Shown in pieces: positions 57,551 through 64,000 of a stretch of DNA of 64,000 nucleotides (the first letter of the stretch is position 1; every line of letters begins with the position of its first letter). A model generated the notes under the pieces. The model did not search any database and was not told the DNA's origin. It saw only the letters and a program-made list of their open reading frames with translations. Location: contig CAWGXL010000001.1 in assembly GCA_963826535.1 (NCBI GenBank), positions 14,336 to 78,335 on the forward strand, written 5' to 3'. Both the position numbers and the translations under genes were made by a program. The DNA comes from an uncultured bacterium. GTDB lineage: Bacteria; Patescibacteriota; Microgenomatia; Levybacterales; UBA12049.

Positions 57551-58501
57551 ATGAAAGTAATGATAGCGTTGTTTCTGATTATTGTTGGGCTTACTCTGCT
57601 CTTACTTGGAAGCCGTGGTGTTATCTCAAATGCCATTCGTATTTCCGCATTAACAAAAATTCCCCCGTTCATTGTCGGTGTAACAATAGTTGCCATAGGA
57701 ACCTCTCTTCCTGAGATGGTTGTATCATTTTTCGGAGGATTGGAGAAAGCATCAGGTCTTGCCTTAGGTAATATCATTGGCTCAAATATTGCTAATATTG
57801 GTCTTATACTCGGTATCTCTCTTTTGATGCACCCAATTTACATTGGTAGGACAAGTACACAAAAGAATATGCTAGTTACTTTGATTGTAGGCTTGCTTTT
57901 GTTTATCACACTACTTATAGACGGCATAACTATTGCTCATGGAGTTTTCTTTGTCATTGTTGGGTTTGGTGTTATTATATGGCAAATTGTTCAGGGCAAA
58001 AATGATGGACTTGTAGATGAACAGACTGCGCAACTCCCTAAAAATCCAGCCCTTACTATTCTTTTTTTTCTTGCATCACTTTTCTGTCTATTTCTTGGAG
58101 GTAAGTTCCTCGTGGATGGCGGTGTTGCTATTGCTACCCTTTTTCATATTCCAGAAGTTATTATCGGTATTACGGTCCTTGCAGTAGGAACGTCTTTACC
58201 TGAGCTTGCTGTTTCTATCACAGCGCTTGCGAAACACGTAACAAAAGCTGAGCAAAAACTCGTCGTGGGCAATATTCTTGGGAGTAATATTTTCAATATC
58301 CTCTTTGGCGCTGGAATGCTTGGCATATTTGGAGTAAAACATTTTAATAGTTCGGTATCGCTTTACGCTTTGCTAATTTTTACACTTGTACTTGGCTTAT
58401 TAATTTATCTGTTTCGTGGAAAAACCATTCCGCAGTATATCGGCGCAGGTTTGGTATTTTCATATGTTTTGTATCTTATTCTTCTATTTCTTTCAGTTTA
58501 A
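57551..58501 (+). CDS. CaCA-family cation/Ca2+ exchanger (YrbG-like)
   Basis: Two alpha-repeat signatures GTSLPEMVVS and GTSLPELAVS; about 10 TM. Confidence 0.8.
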   Translation: MKVMIALFLIIVGLTLLLLGSRGVISNAIRISALTKIPPFIVGVTIVAIGTSLPEMVVSFFGGLEKASGLALGNIIGSNIANIGLILGISLLMHPIYIGRTSTQKNMLVTLIVGLLLFITLLIDGITIAHGVFFVIVGFGVIIWQIVQGKNDGLVDEQTAQLPKNPALTILFFLASLFCLFLGGKFLVDGGVAIATLFHIPEVIIGITVLAVGTSLPELAVSITALAKHVTKAEQKLVVGNILGSNIFNILFGAGMLGIFGVKHFNSSVSLYALLIFTLVLGLLIYLFRGKTIPQYIGAGLVFSYVLYLILLFLSV

Positions 58502-58593
58502 CTAGCTATACTAATCAAATAAGAAGTTATGCTGCGGAATATGTAGCTGTAACTGTTCAAATGTTTGATAAACTCTTTGGAAATAATTCAAAA

Positions 58594-58627
58594 GTGGTTC
58601 GAAAACAGATACGAACGGCTCACAATG
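58594..58627 (+). other. Second tRNA-Lys 3-prime-end-like fragment (gtGGTTCGAAaacagatacgaaCGGCTCACAAT)
   Basis: tggttcgaa (9/9) and cggctcacaat (11/11) match the tRNA-Lys 3-prime end at 19359-19384. Confidence 0.45.
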
Positions 58628-58631
58628 TATT

Positions 58632-59867
58632 TTATGTTTTCTTTTCCATTGGGGCACGCAAATATTTAATAAGTCTATTTAATTGTGATTGTGGTTGCCT
58701 CATCTCTTCTTGAGGAAAGATTTGAGAAGAATATAAATGCCCTTTTAACACCAGCTTCTCTTCGCCGGTTTCTGTAAGAACACCCCAATACCTTTCTTGC
58801 GGCTGAAGCGCTTCTTCATCCGTTCCCGCGTAGAGACCCATACGCGCAGGAAGCCTTTTATTACGAGAGCGGAAATCTACTATCAAATGCTTAAACGATC
58901 GAAAGAATGTGTCGAAAAAGTAACGTTGTGCTCTTTGTGGATTCTCACGGTCAAAGATTTTTCTTGTAGGCATTCCTACCTCTCCAAGCTCGTACTCTGT
59001 ATTTTCCCACCCTTCAAGTTTTTCAAAAACCTTCGAGAGAAGAGTCATATCTTTTACTACTGATTTGAAAAGAGTTCTCCGTTCTTCCTCTCTCCACAAT
59101 ACAGGGAGAGATTTGTACGCCTTTTTTCCTGTTGCATCTTCAATCGGCCAATGCCAAACTCCCGGATAATAATCTACTGCGATAATATCGAAATTATTTC
59201 GCAGAGTCTCTTCATGTTTATCTAAGTATTCCATAATTGGTGTTCCGCTGAACACCTTTGCCGCGTTGAATAGACTTGTCAGATTGGACGCGATAAATGT
59301 CGCCATAAGCTTGGCATCCTGTCCGAATACGTCACGCGTGATTTCACATAATCTTGGTAAGTCTTCAGTGGCAACCGGGCTAAATATATTCGTATTAACC
59401 TCGTTCATTATCTGAATTTTTGTGACCCTTTCACCCCCCGCTTCATCAAGCGCTGCTTTTACTGTTTGAGCATATGTCCTGAATGAAGATTCAAATTCTG
59501 ATTTTTTTCCGCTTTTATATAGATCACTCGCCCATTTCGGAGGACTGGAGAGAATAACAGTTGGCGCATCAAGACCGGCTTGATCTGATATTTGTTTTGC
59601 TCTAAAATAACGCTCCAGTTGATCTGTGTCCAATCTACCCTGCTCGGGCTGAAGAGTGTTCCAGCGCCAATCAGATCGGATGGACTGAACACCCGCTTCT
59701 TTCAGAGTCGTATAAACATCCATTATCATTTGTGGACTTCGATTGAATCTTGCATCAGCGCTATGATCCGTAATATAGACGTGAATATCAAACCCTTTTT
59801 CCATCAATTTTTCAGTATCGCCTTTTCGTACTTCAGGCTGATGCCTTAAGACCTCCGGAATATTCAT
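58632..59867 (-). CDS. Glycoside-hydrolase-like TIM-barrel protein (clan GH-A-like)
   Basis: KIQIMNEVN and IIAVDYYPG blocks resemble GH-A strand-4/strand-6 signatures; assignment tentative. Confidence 0.4.
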   Translation of the reverse strand: MNIPEVLRHQPEVRKGDTEKLMEKGFDIHVYITDHSADARFNRSPQMIMDVYTTLKEAGVQSIRSDWRWNTLQPEQGRLDTDQLERYFRAKQISDQAGLDAPTVILSSPPKWASDLYKSGKKSEFESSFRTYAQTVKAALDEAGGERVTKIQIMNEVNTNIFSPVATEDLPRLCEITRDVFGQDAKLMATFIASNLTSLFNAAKVFSGTPIMEYLDKHEETLRNNFDIIAVDYYPGVWHWPIEDATGKKAYKSLPVLWREEERRTLFKSVVKDMTLLSKVFEKLEGWENTEYELGEVGMPTRKIFDRENPQRAQRYFFDTFFRSFKHLIVDFRSRNKRLPARMGLYAGTDEEALQPQERYWGVLTETGEEKLVLKGHLYSSQIFPQEEMRQPQSQLNRLIKYLRAPMEKKT

Positions 59868-59913
59868 ATTTATACTAAACCAAGTCCACGTAGGTGATAA
59901 GTGTCATAAATAA

Positions 59914-61128
59914 TTAGTATTTATTCTCTTTTTTTATATTAAATATGATATGTTCGTCTATTTTTTTATTTATTTTTTCAGAAGAGGGATTTCTTGCTCT
60001 ATTTGCTTGATATTGAAGATCATCGGCGTACCCTCTTGCTGATCGATCTACCCACATAACAGCTTCGAGCATTTCTCGTAGAGCGGCCTCCTTTTCATCC
60101 TCCGAACTACCCACTAGGCTAGTTTGGATAGCACAAACAACCTTTCGTGCTAGTTCTGCTATCGCCTTCTGTTCTGCCCCTTGAGGACCGGGTATCTCTG
60201 CACGAGGCACAGTTTTTTTTAAATATTCATCAACTCCACCTACCCAGCCTCCTGCACGTCGAATTGCTTCCTCTATTTTTTGTAACGAAGCTACTTGATT
60301 TGGATTCAATTGCGCTGTGACCTCTACAAAATCCGTAAACGATCCATGTATAGCAATATACCCAATTATTCTTGCTTGTCGATCATCCTCCCATTTCATT
60401 TCAAATGCTTTTCTTTCTGCTTCTCTGACAGTTTGAATTGCTTTTGCCTTTCGTGGTTGAATACGAGTCCCAAATGGATTATGCTCAAAAAGTCTAATAT
60501 AGGCGACCTCTTCCAAAACTCTCATTTCTGTTGCCAACTGTGGATGTTCTTGGGTGATCTCCTTAAAGGATTTACCTTCCTTCAGCATCTCGGTTATAAT
60601 CGCTACAACTGACCTTGAACCTGTTTGCAAATAAACATCTTGTGCTTGATCAAGATCGTCTCTCTCTGCCGCCTTTTTCACTTTTTGTAAAGCGGTTGTT
60701 TGTTCCCCTTGAGAAAGTCCTGTGGTGAATAAGGTATCAGAACGATCTGTATGGAGACGACCGACGAGCTTTTTACCAATAGCTCTTGCATGTCCTATTT
60801 GATCTGGACTAGATCTTAATTTCCACAATTGACGATCAGCAATTTCATCTACTTTATCTTCAACGAGATTGGCTTTAGGGGAAGATGTATCTGCATTTAG
60901 TTCGTCTCTTGCTTGTTTTAAAATAATGACCGCGGGATGTAAGATCTCAGCAATTTCTCTCGCAAAAGGAGGAATATATTCAACTGCTTCGCGAATTGTT
61001 TCCTTGATCTGTTCGTCTGTTCGACGAGCTTGATCTGCAATCTGAGCAATATTATCAAGTCGAGGCAAACCCAATGCCAGATAAGTTGCATCAGGTAACT
61101 GTCTAACCAATTCTTGGGAAGGTTTCAT
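59914..61128 (-). CDS. Hypothetical all-alpha protein
   Basis: ORF only. Confidence 0.35.
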   Translation of the reverse strand: MKPSQELVRQLPDATYLALGLPRLDNIAQIADQARRTDEQIKETIREAVEYIPPFAREIAEILHPAVIILKQARDELNADTSSPKANLVEDKVDEIADRQLWKLRSSPDQIGHARAIGKKLVGRLHTDRSDTLFTTGLSQGEQTTALQKVKKAAERDDLDQAQDVYLQTGSRSVVAIITEMLKEGKSFKEITQEHPQLATEMRVLEEVAYIRLFEHNPFGTRIQPRKAKAIQTVREAERKAFEMKWEDDRQARIIGYIAIHGSFTDFVEVTAQLNPNQVASLQKIEEAIRRAGGWVGGVDEYLKKTVPRAEIPGPQGAEQKAIAELARKVVCAIQTSLVGSSEDEKEAALREMLEAVMWVDRSARGYADDLQYQANRARNPSSEKINKKIDEHIIFNIKKENKY

Positions 61129-61241
61129 GCACGTATTATAACTTATAGGATCTGTTTAGCCAAGCAGCTTATCTATAAAGAAGTAATTTTTTTTCTGATT
61201 CATGAATATGTTAAAATTACATAATCTGCTCCAATTTATCC

Positions 61242-62627
61242 GTGAAGAAAATTACTAGTGAACATATAAATTCTTTTTCTGCAATTGTTGGTAAAAATTC
61301 TATCTCTGTTAAAAAAATAGATTTAGACACCCACTCCAAAGATAGCTCTTTCCACAACGCATCTTTACCTGATGTTGTCATATGGCCAAAAAGCACATTG
61401 GAGGTAAGTAACACACTAAAACTTGCCAATATTCATCAAATTCCTGTAACCGCCTGGGGTGGGGGATCCAGCTTAGAAGGCAATCCAATTCCTGTAAAAG
61501 GTGGCATTATATTAAATATGACCCGCATGAATAAAGTACTAAAAGTATATCCAAAAGATTTACAGGTAAGGGTACAGCCGGGAATAATAGGGGACGAACT
61601 TGATAGACAATTACGCGCTTTTGGACTTTGGTTTGCCGCTGCTCCCGGAAGCAAACATCTTGCAACTATCGGAGGAATGATTGCAAATAATGCAGGCGGC
61701 ATGCATGCTGTTAAATACGGCGCAGTCGGAGATGCGGTCTTAGAACTTGAGGTAGTTTTAGCGAATGGAGACATTATTCGGGTTGGCAGCAGGTCACATA
61801 AATCAGTATCAGGCTATGATTTAAAAAGTTTATTTATTGCCTCAGGTGGAACCCTTGGAATAATAACAGAAGCCGTATTGCGCTTAACTCCGCTTCCGCA
61901 AACGAAAATTGCCGTTCTTGCGTCTTTCCCTAATAATGAAATAACGTCTAATACAAGTTTAGATTTATTAAAGTCTGGTATTCTACCGGCATCTATAGAA
62001 TTTATGGATTCAATATATTTAGGTTTAATAAACAAAGCAAAAGGAACAAAATTAATGGAACAACCGACATTACTTATTGAACTTCACGGAAATAAAAAAA
62101 CAGTTGCCATGCAAATTTCTCAAATAAAAGATATTTGTAAAAAAAACAAATCAACCTCCTGCCAAGAGTTTAAAACAAAAGAAAAACTCCGCCAGTTATG
62201 GGAATATAGACGCTCTGTTAGACCTAAATTATCAACTCTTCTTCCTAATACAGGGGTACTTTCCGCAGAAGTTGGTGTACCCGTTTCGCAAATACCAAAA
62301 CTATTAAAAAAAGCAAAAGATGTGTCAATTAAGTATCAATTACAAACAGTAACGTTTGGACATATGGGAGACGGCAATTTCCATGCGTGGGCTTTATATG
62401 AATTAAACAACAAAAATGCGTGGGTTAGAGTAACTAAACTAAATGAAGATTTAATAAACTTTGCCATTAAACTAGGCGGTACAATCACCGGTGAACATGG
62501 AATTGGAATTGGTAAGAAAAAATTTCTACCAATTGAACATGCAACTACAATTCATATTATGAAATCTATTAAAAAATTGCTAGACCCCAGTTCCATATTA
62601 AATCCCGGGAAAATACTTCCGGATTAG
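61242..62627 (+). CDS. FAD-linked oxidase (GlcD/D-lactate-dehydrogenase-like; FAD_binding_4 + FAD-oxidase C-terminal domain)
   Basis: PVTAWGGGSSLEGN FAD-binding block, C-terminal GEHGIGIGKKKF motif. Confidence 0.8.
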   Translation: MKKITSEHINSFSAIVGKNSISVKKIDLDTHSKDSSFHNASLPDVVIWPKSTLEVSNTLKLANIHQIPVTAWGGGSSLEGNPIPVKGGIILNMTRMNKVLKVYPKDLQVRVQPGIIGDELDRQLRAFGLWFAAAPGSKHLATIGGMIANNAGGMHAVKYGAVGDAVLELEVVLANGDIIRVGSRSHKSVSGYDLKSLFIASGGTLGIITEAVLRLTPLPQTKIAVLASFPNNEITSNTSLDLLKSGILPASIEFMDSIYLGLINKAKGTKLMEQPTLLIELHGNKKTVAMQISQIKDICKKNKSTSCQEFKTKEKLRQLWEYRRSVRPKLSTLLPNTGVLSAEVGVPVSQIPKLLKKAKDVSIKYQLQTVTFGHMGDGNFHAWALYELNNKNAWVRVTKLNEDLINFAIKLGGTITGEHGIGIGKKKFLPIEHATTIHIMKSIKKLLDPSSILNPGKILPD

Positions 62628-62652
62628 CTTAATATAATTATTCACCCCTCGG

Positions 62653-63414
62653 CTAAATCTCCTCCTTACCCAAAAAAGTAATTAAAGCTTGAGCTATCGC
62701 ATTTGCCGGTTTCTCAGGATTATTAATAAGCATTCTTGCCTCTTGAGGATTAGTCAAAAATCCGGTCTCTAAAATAACAGCCGGCGCCATAGGATGTGTC
62801 GAATGCTCAAACCTTCTCCAGGCAAAAGCATAATACCCGGTCATATTCCTTGAAATATTTGTATCACGCTCTAAATTAGTTACCTTCTGATATACTTCGT
62901 CAATTATTCTTACTAACTCGTACGTTTTACTGTTCATTATCCTTCTAGGAGCAGCTACCTTAAAACCGGTTGTAGAAGGGTTTGCGCTTCCATCGGCGTG
63001 AATTGCCACAACTGCATCTGCGTAATAATCAGGCGGTATAGTTGCGGGCAGAATATCTACTAATATACCTTCCTTCTCTATTATCTTTTTTGCCTCATTT
63101 GCAATCGCAAGATTTACCTCCCATTCCGCGACATTTCCATTGCTTGTTCCTCCTCCGGTTTCTCTTATCCTGCTTAGTTCGTCAGGTAGTTCATAATTTT
63201 TCCAATGTCCTGCTTGAAGTCCGATTTTCAAAGGTCCTTCGGGTCGTACCCAATTTGAAAATTCATCAAAGTTATCCGTATCCTGTTCAGAAGAAATTTC
63301 ATCTTCGATGTAAGGAGGCGCGCCATAATTTTCTGCGTTTTGGCTTGTATTAAAATAAATGACAGCAGCTATAAAAATAAAAAATAATAACATTATTCCA
63401 AATAAATTTTTCAT
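62653..63414 (-). CDS. N-acetylmuramoyl-L-alanine amidase (Amidase_3-like) with N-terminal membrane anchor
   Basis: KIGLQAGHW ... EWEVNLAIANE ... VAIHADG pattern of zinc amidase_3. Confidence 0.6.
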   Translation of the reverse strand: MKNLFGIMLLFFIFIAAVIYFNTSQNAENYGAPPYIEDEISSEQDTDNFDEFSNWVRPEGPLKIGLQAGHWKNYELPDELSRIRETGGGTSNGNVAEWEVNLAIANEAKKIIEKEGILVDILPATIPPDYYADAVVAIHADGSANPSTTGFKVAAPRRIMNSKTYELVRIIDEVYQKVTNLERDTNISRNMTGYYAFAWRRFEHSTHPMAPAVILETGFLTNPQEARMLINNPEKPANAIAQALITFLGKEEI

Positions 63415-63422
63415 AAAAATTA

Positions 63423-64000
63423 TTATTTCAAATACTTATCAAAAAACTCAACTGATCTCTGCATAGCAATTCCAAAGTTATTTGGAATATCATGCTCATC
63501 TCCGGGATAAATATATAACTCAACTTCGCGGCCTGCTTTTTTCATTTGCGCGGCAAGAGTTTCAGAAAACTCATGTGGGACTGAATGATCGGAAGTACCA
63601 TGATGAAGTTGTAAAGGTCCGGAAATTTCAGCAAGAAAGGAATTTGCAGAAATCGAATTCCAAAACACCGGATTTGCCTCAGGCGTTCCATACTGTTCAA
63701 TAAGCCCCCGTCTCCAACCGCCCCTGTTAGAATTTGTAGGGAAAGGAGAAATAGTTGTACCGCGTCTCCAACGGGAAATAAGATCAGGATACGATGCTAC
63801 AACCCCAGCCCAAATAACCCCTGCTTTAATATCCTTATTGGTAACCATATTACGAAGTGTCACATGCCCGCCCATAGAGTGCCCCCACATCCCAATTCGA
63901 TCAGAATCTGCCAATTGTCCTGAGCCTGTCGAAGGAATCTCTAGCTTTTTTATTGATGCCACAGCATTTAGAACATCTATCGTATATGCGTTTGAACCAT
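63423..64000 (-). CDS. Alpha/beta hydrolase (dienelactone-hydrolase/S9-like), N-terminus beyond window
   Basis: GxSxG nucleophile elbow GHSMGG, downstream Asp and His (GDEHD); frame stays open to the window edge. Confidence 0.65.
   Translation of the reverse strand, partial: GSNAYTIDVLNAVASIKKLEIPSTGSGQLADSDRIGMWGHSMGGHVTLRNMVTNKDIKAGVIWAGVVASYPDLISRWRRGTTISPFPTNSNRGGWRRGLIEQYGTPEANPVFWNSISANSFLAEISGPLQLHHGTSDHSVPHEFSETLAAQMKKAGREVELYIYPGDEHDIPNNFGIAMQRSVEFFDKYLK

Noticed and set aside
1-64000. rRNA genes, CRISPR arrays, transposase-type IS elements
   Set aside because: No long conserved rRNA-like stretches, no spaced direct-repeat arrays and no DDE/IS transposase ORFs with terminal inverted repeats were seen. 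The recombinases present are serine integrases.

Overview
AT-rich bacterial chromosome segment with short genes, an RRM-type RNA-binding protein, several glycoside hydrolases and many DUF/membrane proteins; it looks like an uncultivated, possibly Patescibacteria/CPR-like lineage (inference from gene content only). Left part (1-19300): a glycan-active cluster (a GH5 cellulase and a 954-aa membrane GT39-like-glycoside-hydrolase fusion, with a paralogous C-terminal fragment at the window edge), a phosphoribosyltransferase, a compact serine-biosynthesis locus (SerB-SerA fusion plus a split serC), a Cys-rich duplicated-domain protein, an RRM protein, a CNNM/CorC transporter, three DUF4386 paralogs, an SRPBCC protein, and tRNA-Glu(TTC) and tRNA-Lys(TTT). 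From 19379 a large serine recombinase abuts the tRNA-Lys 3-prime end and opens a long mosaic mobile/accessory region. It contains three large serine recombinases (one frameshifted), an MerR-type excisionase-like gene, XRE regulators, terminase-small-like genes, a VirB4 C-terminal fragment with an M23 peptidase, a PLD-family nuclease, an HNH/NUMOD3 endonuclease, an HK97-capsid-like fragment, and several unknown operons. Degenerate copies of the tRNA-Lys 3-prime end recur at about 32.95, 57.45 and 58.6 kb; this is consistent with successive integrations at the same tRNA. Candidate novel systems are a tightly overlapping three-gene operon of unknown proteins (21769-23931), a TIR-like/nucleoside-deoxyribosyltransferase-like protein (31903-32880), and a membrane-anchored 1024-aa KAP-family P-loop NTPase with an upstream partner (47312-51065). 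The right part holds a two-component system with a MacAB-like ABC efflux module, a CaCA antiporter, a GH-like protein, an FAD oxidase, an amidase and a partial alpha/beta hydrolase. No CRISPR array, rRNA or transposase-type IS element was seen.
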